From Candidatus Nealsonbacteria bacterium (GTDB taxonomy: Bacteria > Patescibacteriota > Minisyncoccia > Minisyncoccales > RBG-13-36-15), in contig DRFQ01000009.1 in NCBI GenBank assembly GCA_011050465.1, positions 64,334 through 128,333 on the forward strand: a stretch of 64,000 nucleotides of DNA, in the 5' to 3' direction. The notes under the pieces were generated by a model. The model did not search any database. It worked only from the letters and a program-made list of their open reading frames with translations, and was not told the origin of the DNA. Position 1 is the stretch's first letter, and each line of letters opens with the position of its first letter. Shown in pieces: positions 8,183-19,083 of the stretch. Made by a program: the position numbers and the translations under genes.

Positions 8183-8920
8183 ATGAATATTTCTTTTTTT
8201 CCTGAAAGTTTAATAAAAATTCAAGGATGGCCGATAACAAATACCTTAATAATGGCCTGGTTGGCCATGACGTTCTTGATTGTATTTAGTGGTTTTGTTA
8301 CCAGGAGATTAAGAGAGGTGCCGGGAAAAGTCCAATGTTTAGTGGAGGTGTTCATTGAGGAGATGGTGTCTTTTATGACAACCGTTACCGGAGATAAAGA
8401 GAAAACAAAAAGGTTCTTCCCTCTGGTGGTTACTTTTTTTCTCTTTATATTAATTTCAAACTGGATGGGAATCCTGCCAGGAGTTGGTTCGGTGGGTATC
8501 AAAGCAGTCCATGAACAACAAGAAACAATTATTCCATTATTGAGGTCAACGAACAGTGACCTCAATATGACTTTGGCCTTGGGGATTCTTTCTGTGATTG
8601 CCGTGCAAATTTTCGGGATTATAACGGTAGGGTTTTTCAAGCATGCTTCACATTTTATTTCTTTTAAAAGCCCTATTGATTTTTTTACCGGAATTCTAGA
8701 GATTATTTCCGAAATGGCGAAAATTATTTCTTTCTCTTTCCGTCTTTTTGGCAATATTTTTGCCGGAGAAGTTCTTATAACATCAATGTTTTTCTTAGTT
8801 CCCTTATTTGTTCCTCTGCCGTTTTTATTCCTTGAAATATTTGTCGGATTTATTCAAGCTCTTGTTTTTTCAATGTTAACACTGGTTTTTTTGACGGTCG
8901 CCACCAGCAAAAATCATTAA
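8183..8920 (+). CDS. atpB: ATP synthase F0 subunit a
   Basis: Conserved SFSFRLFGNIFAGE motif containing the essential Arg. Polytopic membrane protein. Confidence 0.9.
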   Translation: MNISFFPESLIKIQGWPITNTLIMAWLAMTFLIVFSGFVTRRLREVPGKVQCLVEVFIEEMVSFMTTVTGDKEKTKRFFPLVVTFFLFILISNWMGILPGVGSVGIKAVHEQQETIIPLLRSTNSDLNMTLALGILSVIAVQIFGIITVGFFKHASHFISFKSPIDFFTGILEIISEMAKIISFSFRLFGNIFAGEVLITSMFFLVPLFVPLPFLFLEIFVGFIQALVFSMLTLVFLTVATSKNH

Positions 8921-9002
8921 TAATTAATTAAAGTAAAGTTTTAATTTTATAAATAAGTTAGTTGTTCTTTAAAGAACCTATTTCAGAAAATTAAAACTAT
9001 AA

Positions 9003-9236
<234 letters not shown>

Positions 9237-9241
9237 TTTAA

Positions 9242-9748
9242 ATGGGAGATTTATTCGGTAAACTTGGCATTGATTGGAAACTGCTTTTATTCCAAGTGGT
9301 TAATTTTCTTATTTTACTTTTCCTTCTGAAGAAATTTCTATATAAACCGATTTTGAATCTTTTGGAAAAAAGACAAACAAAGATTCGAGATGGACTGAAA
9401 AAGGCCGAAGAATCTGAAAGAGAATGGCAGAAAATTAAGAAGATTAAAGAAAAAGAAACGATGAAGGCTGAAGAAAAAGCAGTCCAAATCATAGCAAAAG
9501 CAAGGCAAAGCGCCGAAGCAAAAGAAAAAGAAATTTTAGAGAATACCAGCTTGAAGACAGAAAAAATGATCGAAGAGGCAAAAATTAATATTTCTATGGA
9601 AAGAGAGAAGATAACGGATGAGATAAAAAAAGAGATGGCAAAATATATAATTTTAGCCGCAGGAAAAGTTTTGGGAAGAACATTAAAAGAAGAAGATGAG
9701 AAAAAAATAGCCGAAGAAACGCTAAATGCTTTAAACAAAAATGCCTAA
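9242..9748 (+). CDS. atpF: ATP synthase F0 subunit b
   Basis: N-terminal TM helix followed by a long charged coiled coil. Operon position fits. Confidence 0.8.
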   Translation: MGDLFGKLGIDWKLLLFQVVNFLILLFLLKKFLYKPILNLLEKRQTKIRDGLKKAEESEREWQKIKKIKEKETMKAEEKAVQIIAKARQSAEAKEKEILENTSLKTEKMIEEAKINISMEREKITDEIKKEMAKYIILAAGKVLGRTLKEEDEKKIAEETLNALNKNA

Positions 9749-10136
9749 TAAAATTATTCCAAAACAATACGCTGTTTTGCTTTATGAAATAACTAAAGAT
9801 TTAAGAAAAACTGAAATTAAGGAGAAAATTTCTAAATTCGTTGGATTTTTAGTTAAGAATAATCATTTAAGCTTGGTCGATAAAATAATCGGAGAATTCA
9901 AAACTTATACAAAAAAACAGGAAGGAGTTCAAGAAGTTGAACTGGTATCAGCAAGGCCAATAGGTATTAAAATTCGTCAGCGGTTAATAAATATTCTAAA
10001 CAGGGAAAACAAGATTGAGTTAAAAGAAAAGATAGATCCTGGATTATTGGGCGGAATGGTCATAAAAATCGGAGACACAATGATAGACGGCAGTATCAGG
10101 AGAAGATTAAGTATACTGAGCGATAAATTAAAATAA
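9741..10136 (+). CDS. atpH: ATP synthase F1 subunit delta (short, 131 aa)
   Basis: C-terminal IDPGLLGGMVIKIGDTMIDGSIRRRL signature. Overlaps the end of atpF by 8 nt. Confidence 0.75.
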   Translation: MPNKIIPKQYAVLLYEITKDLRKTEIKEKISKFVGFLVKNNHLSLVDKIIGEFKTYTKKQEGVQEVELVSARPIGIKIRQRLINILNRENKIELKEKIDPGLLGGMVIKIGDTMIDGSIRRRLSILSDKLK

Positions 10137-10142
10137 ATAATA

Positions 10143-11681
10143 ATGGATAAAAATTATATAATCGAAACATTAAAAAATCAGTTAGAGGGGTATAAGCCAA
10201 AAACCGAAGTGGCAAATATCGGGAATGTTATAAAGATAGGGGATGGGATAGCCACTGTTTCCGGGCTCTCTAACGTTATGGCGGCCGAAATGCTTGAGTT
10301 CGTAACAAAAGAAGGAAGCGTTTTTGGCATGGCTTTAAACCTTGAAGAAGATCAGGTTGGCGCAATGATTTTAGGTGACTTTAGTAAGATTAAAAATGGT
10401 GATTTGGTAAAAAGTACAGGTAGAGTTTTATCAGTTCCGGTAAATCGTTCACTCATCGGCAGAGTCATAAATCCTTTAGGAGAACCGGTTGATGAGAAAG
10501 GCCCCATTCCTTCAACTAATATTGAATATTATCCAATTGAAAGAAAAGCTTTTGGCATAGTCGAAAGAGAACCGGTAAACACTCCGATTCATACCGGCAT
10601 TAAGGCTATTGATTCAATGATTCCGATCGGAAGGGGACAGCGAGAATTGATTATCGGCGATAGACAGATTGGAAAAACAGCCCTTGTGGTTGATACGATT
10701 ACAAACCAGATTCAAGATACAAAATACAGAACTCCTATTTGTATTTATGTGGCTATCGGCCAGAAAGAATCTAAGGTTGTAAAAATTGTCGAAGAATTAA
10801 AGGCCAGAGGAGCCATGGATTATACAATAGTTATTTCGGCTCCAGCTTCTAGTCCAGCCGCTCTGTGGTTTATTGCTCCTTATGCCGGCTGCGCTATCGG
10901 CGAATACTTTATGGATAAAGGCGAAGATGCCCTGGTAATTTATGATGATTTAACAAAACATGCCTGGGCATACCGACAGATTTCATTGCTTTTAAGAAGA
11001 CCGCCCGGTAGAGAAGCTTATCCTGGAGATGTCTTTTATTTGCATTCAAGGTTATTAGAAAGAGCGGCTAAGCTTAACAAAAAACATGGAGGAGGGTCTT
11101 TAACTGCATTGCCGATAATCGAGACCCAGCTTGGCGATATCTCTTCTTATATTCCGACAAATGCTATTTCAATTACTGATGGCCAGATTTATCTGGAATC
11201 TGAGCTTTTCTATCACGGCATAAGGCCTGCTCTAAATGTTGGACTTTCTGTTTCTCGTGTGGGTTCTTCGGCTCAGACTAAAGCAATGAAGAAAGTATCT
11301 TCTAAGTTAAGGTTGGAACTTGCCCAGTTTAAAGAGCTTCAAGCCTTTGTTCGATTCGCGTCAGAACTTGATGAACCCACTAGAAAGAGAATCGAGAGAG
11401 GACAGCGACTGACAGAAATTCTAAAACAGCCTCAATATGCACCAGTTCCTTTTGAAAAGCAGGTTTGTCTAATATATGCGGGTGTCAACGGCTATTTAGA
11501 TATTCTTCCTTTAGAGAAAATAAAAGATTTTGAAGACAAATTATTTCGCTATCTCGAAGATCGTCATCAGCAGGATATTTTAGATAAAATTAGAGAGACG
11601 TCTGATTTATCAGAGGAGGTAGAGAGCAAGCTTAAAGAAGCAATTCAATTTCAAGTTAATGAATTAATAAAAACAGGGTAA
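10143..11681 (+). CDS. atpA: ATP synthase F1 subunit alpha
   Basis: Walker A GDRQIGKT plus [12 protein letters not shown] and [21 protein letters not shown]. Confidence 0.95.
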   Translation: MDKNYIIETLKNQLEGYKPKTEVANIGNVIKIGDGIATVSGLSNVMAAEMLEFVTKEGSVFGMALNLEEDQVGAMILGDFSKIKNGDLVKSTGRVLSVPVNRSLIGRVINPLGEPVDEKGPIPSTNIEYYPIERKAFGIVEREPVNTPIHTGIKAIDSMIPIGRGQRELIIGDRQIGKTALVVDTITNQIQDTKYRTPICIYVAIGQKESKVVKIVEELKARGAMDYTIVISAPASSPAALWFIAPYAGCAIGEYFMDKGEDALVIYDDLTKHAWAYRQISLLLRRPPGREAYPGDVFYLHSRLLERAAKLNKKHGGGSLTALPIIETQLGDISSYIPTNAISITDGQIYLESELFYHGIRPALNVGLSVSRVGSSAQTKAMKKVSSKLRLELAQFKELQAFVRFASELDEPTRKRIERGQRLTEILKQPQYAPVPFEKQVCLIYAGVNGYLDILPLEKIKDFEDKLFRYLEDRHQQDILDKIRETSDLSEEVESKLKEAIQFQVNELIKTG

Positions 11682-11685
11682 ATTA

Positions 11686-14009
<2,324 letters not shown>

Positions 14010-14012
14010 TTT

Positions 14013-14252
14013 ATGTTCCCATTGTTCATTATTGCTTTAGATAAAGTCTTATTTGAGGGAAAAACCAACTCTGTAACTCTTCCCGGTTCAGAGGGGGAAT
14101 TAACTATTCTAAAAAATCATATACCGTTAATTACTCCATTAAAGAAAGGTAATATTAAACTCAAAACCAAGAAAGAAGAATTGAATTTTAGAATCAACGG
14201 TGGCGTCCTTGAGGTTAAACCCGAAAAAGTAGTAGTTTTAACAATTCCTTAA
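14013..14252 (+). CDS. atpC: ATP synthase F1 subunit epsilon, N-terminal beta-sandwich domain only (79 aa)
   Basis: The sequence VTLPGSEGELTILKNHIPLIT..K.G is typical of the epsilon N-domain. The ORF stops before the usual C-terminal helical hairpin. Confidence 0.75.
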   Translation: MFPLFIIALDKVLFEGKTNSVTLPGSEGELTILKNHIPLITPLKKGNIKLKTKKEELNFRINGGVLEVKPEKVVVLTIP

Positions 14253-14262
14253 AAAATCAGAC

Positions 14263-14288
14263 AGGTTCGAGTCCTACCACTGGAACCA
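14263..14288 (+). other. Orphan tRNA 3'-end fragment (T-loop, T-stem 3' strand, acceptor 3' strand, CCA)
   Basis: AGGTTCGAGTCCTACCACTGGAACCA. The T-loop TTCGAGT is identical to that of the intact tRNA-Lys at 59129. No matching 5' half lies upstream. Confidence 0.55.
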
Positions 14289-14333
14289 TTTTCAGTTGTT
14301 AGTAGATAGTTTTTAGTTGTTAGTTAACTTTGT

Positions 14334-14378
14334 TAATCGCCAACCTGTCCGTCTATGGAGGAGAAGGCTGTTTTTTGC
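14334..14378 (+). repeat. Family C repeat copy (atcgccaacctgtccgtYtRtggaggagaa)
   Basis: Matches 17573-17603. A weaker relative occurs at 16137-16190. Confidence 0.6.
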
Positions 14379-14485
14379 TAAGATTAAGTTATAAACAAGA
14401 AGAAAATTATTGAAAATATTAGAAGCTATAAAAGAAAACGATAATCTTTATTTAAGCTGCCTTAAAAGTGTATCGGAAGTAAAAT

Positions 14486-15091
14486 ATGAATAAAATCTAT
14501 ATTTTTTTTATATTAATAATTTTAATTTTGGGGGGTTATTTTTTCATTGTCCAAAATAGGGGAGAGGAATCCATGGACCGTAATATTATAACTCCGCTCG
14601 ACACTAATATGATTGCGACAATGCAGACTAATTTTGGTGAGATTAAATTAGAGCTTTTCTCGTCTGATGCGCCAAAAACAGTCGAGAATTTCATTAAGCT
14701 TGCTGAGTCAGGTTTTTATGATGGCGTAAAATTCCACCGAGTGATTAAAGGGTTTATGATTCAAGGTGGCGATCCTCTCAGTAAAGACAATGCTTTGAAA
14801 GATAGATGGGGAACAGGGGGGCCCGGCTATACTTTCTCAGATGAAATCCACTCAAAGAACCGTAATGTTGTAGGCACCATTTCCATGGCCAATGCTGGAC
14901 CAAACACAAATGGCAGTCAGTTTTTTATCAATACTAATGATAATAACAGTCTCGATAACAAGCATACTGTTTTCGGTAAAGTAATAACAGGGATTGATAT
15001 CGTTGAAAATATTGAAAATGTAGCCACAGAAGGTCCGGACCGTCCGGTCGATGATGTAATTATCGAAAGTATTAAGATAACAAGCAACTAA
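14486..15091 (+). CDS. ppiB: Cyclophilin-type peptidyl-prolyl cis-trans isomerase with an N-terminal membrane anchor
   Basis: FHRVIKGFMIQGGDP, SMANAGPNTNGSQFFI and HTVFGKV motifs. N-terminal hydrophobic helix. Confidence 0.9.
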   Translation: MNKIYIFFILIILILGGYFFIVQNRGEESMDRNIITPLDTNMIATMQTNFGEIKLELFSSDAPKTVENFIKLAESGFYDGVKFHRVIKGFMIQGGDPLSKDNALKDRWGTGGPGYTFSDEIHSKNRNVVGTISMANAGPNTNGSQFFINTNDNNSLDNKHTVFGKVITGIDIVENIENVATEGPDRPVDDVIIESIKITSN

Positions 15092-15168
15092 GCACGGTGC
15101 TGAACCAGCCCCGAACTAGAACGAAGTTCAGTTCGGGGCTTTATGCGGGGTAAAGTTTTTGGTAAGAT
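15091..15168 (+). repeat. Family B intergenic cassette, copy 2 (hairpin 15109-15138 is inverted relative to copy 1)
   Basis: The flanks are colinear with copies 1 and 3. The central hairpin is the exact reverse complement of 669-696. The copy ends in tttttggtaagat, 23 nt before the ATG at 15192. Confidence 0.8.
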
Positions 15169-15191
15169 AGAAAGCAAAATTTTATTCTAAT

Positions 15192-15902
15192 ATGAATCAG
15201 AGAAAAAAAAGAAAATTTATTATTGCTTTGGGTGGATCAATTGCCTTTCCGGAAAAAATAAATACTTCCTTTCTTCGGAAGTTTTATCTGTTTATAAAAA
15301 AAGAAATTAAAAAAGGTAATAAATTTATTATTGTGTGCGGAGGAGGGAAGATTACCAGAAAATATCAGAAGGCTGCTTCAAACATAACGAAAGTTTTAGA
15401 TGAGGACAAGGATTGGCTGGGAATTCATGCTACTCGCCTCAATGCCCATTTTTTAAGAACATTATTTAGAAAGGAAAGTAATGAGGTTGTTTTTGACAAT
15501 CGCTTTAAGCTTAAAGGGTTCGGAAGATACTCAATAATAATTGGATCTGGGTGGGAGCCAGGTTGGTCAACTGATTTTGTTGCTATTCAAATTGCCGGAG
15601 ATTTTAAGATTGACCATGTTATAATTTTAGGGAAACCCGCCTATGTTTACACCGCTGATTTTGAAAAAGACAGGAAAGCACGACCTATTAAGAGATTGAC
15701 CTGGAAAGATTATTGTCAACTTATTCCTTCTGACTGGAAGCCGGGCCTTAATACTCCGGTTGATCCTATGGCAGCAAGGCTGGCGGAGAGAAAAAATATT
15801 AAGGTTATTGTGGCCAATGGGAAAGATTTAAATAATCTGGGAAAGATTTTAAAAGGCGAGGAATTCGAAGGAACTATTTTATCTCGGCAGTCAGATATAT
15901 AA
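15192..15902 (+). CDS. pyrH: Amino-acid-kinase-fold UMP kinase, archaeal-like type
   Basis: The sequence IIALGGSI ... IVCGGG ... G.EPGWSTD is typical of the short archaeal-type uridylate kinase. Confidence 0.65.
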   Translation: MNQRKKRKFIIALGGSIAFPEKINTSFLRKFYLFIKKEIKKGNKFIIVCGGGKITRKYQKAASNITKVLDEDKDWLGIHATRLNAHFLRTLFRKESNEVVFDNRFKLKGFGRYSIIIGSGWEPGWSTDFVAIQIAGDFKIDHVIILGKPAYVYTADFEKDRKARPIKRLTWKDYCQLIPSDWKPGLNTPVDPMAARLAERKNIKVIVANGKDLNNLGKILKGEEFEGTILSRQSDI

Positions 15903-15925
15903 AAAAATTAAAACCAAATAAGTCT

Positions 15926-16123
15926 ATGGATATTTTTGACATCATTTTGATTGGCTTAATTATTAGCCTGTTCATATTTCCTAAATTTATTTGTGAGATA
16001 TATTATAAACTTTGGAGCAGGATCCCGCTTGTTAGAAAATTTTATAATAGAAAGACTTGTATTCTGTGTTTTAGAATAGAAGGGATAATTCTCTCAATTA
16101 TTTTGTTGTTTAAATCGTTATAA
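15926..16123 (+). CDS. Small two-TM membrane protein, hypothetical
   Basis: ORF with two hydrophobic segments. No recognisable family. Confidence 0.35.
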   Translation: MDIFDIILIGLIISLFIFPKFICEIYYKLWSRIPLVRKFYNRKTCILCFRIEGIILSIILLFKSL

Positions 16124-16203
16124 ATAAATCCATTCCAAATCGCCAAGAGGGCCTCGCCCGTAGGGCTATGGCTGAGAGCGGTTTTTTGATACAGTAAATT
16201 AAT

Positions 16204-17466
16204 ATGAAATACGACGTGGCAGTGATTGGAGGAGGTCCTGCCGGGATGATTGCGGCAGGAAGAGCAGGCGAGACAGGAGCCCGCGTTATTATAATTGAAA
16301 AAAATAATATTTTAGGCAAAAAACTTTTAATTACCGGAAAGGGCAGGTGCAACATCACTCAAGCCAAATTTGATGGCAAGGATTTAGCTGATAAATTTGG
16401 AAGAGAGGGCAGGTTTTTATTGTATGGATTTTCTGTTTTTGGGCCCAAACAAGTTGTTGATTTTTTTGAAAATTTAAAACTGAAAACAAAAATAGAAAGG
16501 GGTGGAAGAATTTTTCCAAAAAGCGACAAAGCGAGTGATGTTTTGCAGGTCTTGAGAAGCCGTCTGATTAAAAACGGAGTCAAAATATTAGCGGGCAAAA
16601 CGGTTAAAAAAATTATTAAAAAGAATAATAAAATAGGAGCTATTGTTTTAGAGAACGGAGAAGAAATTACTGCTGATAAATATATTATTGCAACCGGAGG
16701 AAAGTCATATCCAACCCTCGGATCTAGCGGAAACGGCTTTGGGTGGGCAGAAGATTTGGGACATACAATCGTAGAATTAAAGCCGGCATTGACTCCAATA
16801 AAAATAAAAGAAAGATGGCCGAAGCAGGCGCAGGGATTAAGTTTAAAAAATGTTTTAATAATCGTTTATCAAAACAATAAAAAGCAGGATAGTAGATTTG
16901 GAGAATTGCTTTTTGCTCATTTTGGAATAACCGGCCCGATTATTTTGGATGTCAGTAAAAAAGTTGGAGAGCTTTTAAATCCGCCGGCAGCCAGAGGAAA
17001 AGTTAAGATGACCCTGGATTTAAAACCAGCATTGGATTTTGAAAAACTAGACAAGAGATTGCAAAGAGATTTTATAAAATTTAAAAAGAAATTATTCAAG
17101 AATTCTTTGAATGATTTGCTTCCGAAAAAGCTTATAAATATTATCGTGAAGCTGTCTGGTATTGATGAAAATAAATTAGTTGATGAAATCACAAAAAACG
17201 AACGCCATAAATTAGTAAAATTACTAAAAGGAATGGAAATGACACCTGTGGAATTATTAGGATTTGATAAAGCAATAATCACTTCCGGGGGAGTTTCTTT
17301 AAAGGAAGTAGACGCTAAAACAATGAAATCCAAAATAATCGATAATTTATATTTTGCAGGCGAAATACTTAATCTTGATGGGCCTACGGGAGGGTATAAT
17401 TTGCAGGTTTGTTGGAGTACGGGATATGTTGCAGGGAATTCCGCAACCAAGTTCTCTCGGCCGTAG
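16204..17466 (+). CDS. HI0933/YhiN-family NAD(FAD)-utilising flavoprotein
   Basis: N-terminal DVAVIGGGPAGMIAA dinucleotide fold, GKGRCN, and the C-terminal FAGEILNLDGPTGGYNLQ.CWSTG signature. Confidence 0.8.
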   Translation: MKYDVAVIGGGPAGMIAAGRAGETGARVIIIEKNNILGKKLLITGKGRCNITQAKFDGKDLADKFGREGRFLLYGFSVFGPKQVVDFFENLKLKTKIERGGRIFPKSDKASDVLQVLRSRLIKNGVKILAGKTVKKIIKKNNKIGAIVLENGEEITADKYIIATGGKSYPTLGSSGNGFGWAEDLGHTIVELKPALTPIKIKERWPKQAQGLSLKNVLIIVYQNNKKQDSRFGELLFAHFGITGPIILDVSKKVGELLNPPAARGKVKMTLDLKPALDFEKLDKRLQRDFIKFKKKLFKNSLNDLLPKKLINIIVKLSGIDENKLVDEITKNERHKLVKLLKGMEMTPVELLGFDKAIITSGGVSLKEVDAKTMKSKIIDNLYFAGEILNLDGPTGGYNLQVCWSTGYVAGNSATKFSRP

Positions 17467-17512
17467 GCCTATGGGCAAGGCGGACGGATACAGTAACTTT
17501 ATTCAAGGTCCC

Positions 17513-17548
17513 TAGTCAGCGTAGTATTGAGGCCGACCGAGAGGCCTA
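17513..17548 (+). repeat. Family D repeat copy (ctagtcagcgYagtatYgaggccgaccgagaggcc)
   Basis: Second copy at 23226-23262. Contains an aggcc/ggcct hairpin. Confidence 0.6.
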
Positions 17549-17659
17549 ATTGATAGAATAGCAGACACAAAAATCGCCAACCTGTCCGTTTGTGGAGGAG
17601 AATGTTTTCTCCGCCGTAACGCTATGAAGGCGGGTGGTTTTTTAGTATAATAAGGGAAT

Positions 17660-18067
17660 ATGGAAGAGAAAGAATCTTTAAAAATTATAGAGCCAAACCC
17701 CAAGCCCATTCGTTTATTTTTCTTTTGGGCCGGAATAATCGCCACCATCGCATATAGAATAATTATTATATTAAATTTGTATAGTCCTCTGTGGGTAAAG
17801 ATTGCCTGGTATATTGGCACCATTGGCTTTATTCTTTATTTTGGCCATCGTTTTAATATTGCCAGGAAAAAGGCAAAATTGATTCAAGATTATAAGCTGG
17901 TTGAAGCTATAGATAATTCTGATATTGATCCGCAAAAGAAGCTAGCCCTTCATTATCTGGCCAAAACCACGGTAACCTCAAAATCAAGATGGAACGCAGG
18001 AATTATCTTCATCTTCTCTTTTATAGCTTTACTCATAGGTATTTTCATGGATATCTATGGTATTTAA
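17660..18067 (+). CDS. Hypothetical integral membrane protein (135 aa)
   Basis: Three hydrophobic helices in a clean ORF preceded by tagtataat. Confidence 0.5.
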   Translation: MEEKESLKIIEPNPKPIRLFFFWAGIIATIAYRIIIILNLYSPLWVKIAWYIGTIGFILYFGHRFNIARKKAKLIQDYKLVEAIDNSDIDPQKKLALHYLAKTTVTSKSRWNAGIIFIFSFIALLIGIFMDIYGI

Positions 18068-18090
18068 ATGAACAATCTTCTAATTTTGTC

Positions 18091-18180
18091 GCACCAGAGC
18101 TGAGCACGGTGCTGGACCAGTCCCGAACTGAACTTCGTTCTAATCCGGGGCTTTATGCGGGGTAAATTTTTTGGTATAAT
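18091..18180 (+). repeat. Family B intergenic cassette, copy 3 (ends in ttttttggtataat)
   Basis: Near-identical to 639-728. The right arm of the hairpin is mutated (aatccgggg). A TGGTATAAT extended -10 lies 32 nt before the ATG at 18213. Confidence 0.8.
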
Positions 18181-18212
18181 GCAATAATGAAGCAAACAAG
18201 ATAAAAACAAAT

Positions 18213-18560
18213 ATGAAATTTTCTCTTAAAACAACCAATTTAGAATTAACTCCTGATCTTTCCAGTCATATTGAGACAACGATGAACAGTTTGGATAAAT
18301 TTATTGAGAATGCGGATTCAGTTGTCCGGGCCTGGGTGGAGATTGGTCGAATTTCTCAACACCATAGATCGGGAAAAATCTATCGAGCTGAAGTTCAGGT
18401 TCATTTACTCGGAAAATCAGTGCGTTCCGAAGCAGTAGCAAAGACAATTTTCCAGGCCATTAATGAGGTGAAAGACGAATTGCAGCGGGAATTAAAACAA
18501 TATAAAGGAAAAAAAATAGCCGAACGAAAAAGAGGAGGCAGAAGAAATTTAAAAAAGTAA
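18213..18560 (+). CDS. hpf: Ribosome hibernation-promoting factor / RaiA family
   Basis: The 115-aa sequence has the typical pattern MK....TNLELTP.L..HIE..... L.KF.. and ..AEV.V. Confidence 0.8.
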   Translation: MKFSLKTTNLELTPDLSSHIETTMNSLDKFIENADSVVRAWVEIGRISQHHRSGKIYRAEVQVHLLGKSVRSEAVAKTIFQAINEVKDELQRELKQYKGKKIAERKRGGRRNLKK

Positions 18561-18575
18561 TTAAAGGAAGAATTC

Positions 18576-18722
18576 ATGGGCAATAAAACAATTCAAAAAT
18601 TTAAAAAGCCAGGTAAACGACCAATTATTAAACGCTTAATGCCTCGACGTAAGCCCTCTCGGCTCAAAGGAAAAGTGCAGAACGTTGGCATTAAACCGGT
18701 TCAGAAAAAGAAAAAAAGATAA
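18576..18722 (+). CDS. Candidate 48-aa lysine/arginine-rich small protein (not in the ORF track)
   Basis: ATG is preceded by aaggaag at 5-nt spacing and lies 16 nt after the hpf stop. The ORF is followed by a terminator. Translation: MGNKTIQKFKKPGKRPIIKRLMPRRKPSRLKGKVQNVGIKPVQKKKKR. Confidence 0.4.
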   Translation: MGNKTIQKFKKPGKRPIIKRLMPRRKPSRLKGKVQNVGIKPVQKKKKR

Positions 18723-18749
18723 AGCTTATAAAATGAAAAGCCCATCGCT

Positions 18750-18800
18750 GGGACGTAAAGTGCCCCGTGGGGACCACGTCCCTTTACGGGGCATTTTTTA
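18750..18800 (+). terminator. Intrinsic terminator with interleaved (pseudoknot-topology) stems
   Basis: Stem gccccgt (18762-18768)/acggggc (18786-18792) is followed by a T-run. A second stem gggacgt (18750-18756)/acgtccc (18776-18782) interleaves with it. Confidence 0.55.
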
Positions 18801-18988
18801 TTTCAGATTGATGAACTATTTCCAATCCCTATTTGAGCGCGGTCTACTCCGAGTTTACCTGTGGTGAGCTTGTGGAATCCATCGGAGGGTTCGGAGAGAC
18901 TGAGCCGGGTCAGTCGACATTGAATCAATCTAGAGCCACCGCCCGAGAGCTGTCAGCCTTGGGTTTTGCTATTCTGATTTTAATAAAT

Positions 18989-19061
18989 AAGAGGATGGCT
19001 AAGGCCAAACCTCTTTTTTGTTTGTCTTGAGGCGGAAAGAATAGTAAAATAGTAGAAAGAT
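18989..19061 (+). promoter_or_regulatory. Family E terminator-plus-promoter module, copy 1
   Basis: Hairpin aagagg..cctctt plus a T-run, then TTGTCT (19022-19027), a 17-nt spacer and TAAAAT (19045-19050). Repeated at 31890-31963; the promoter half also occurs at 20678-20720. Confidence 0.6.
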
Positions 19062-19083
19062 ATAAAGACCAAGCAGATTTAAA

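Noticed and set aside
17512-17823. 103-aa minus-strand ORF.
   Set aside because: It runs through Family C and D repeats and antisense to the 17660-18067 membrane protein gene. No SD is present.
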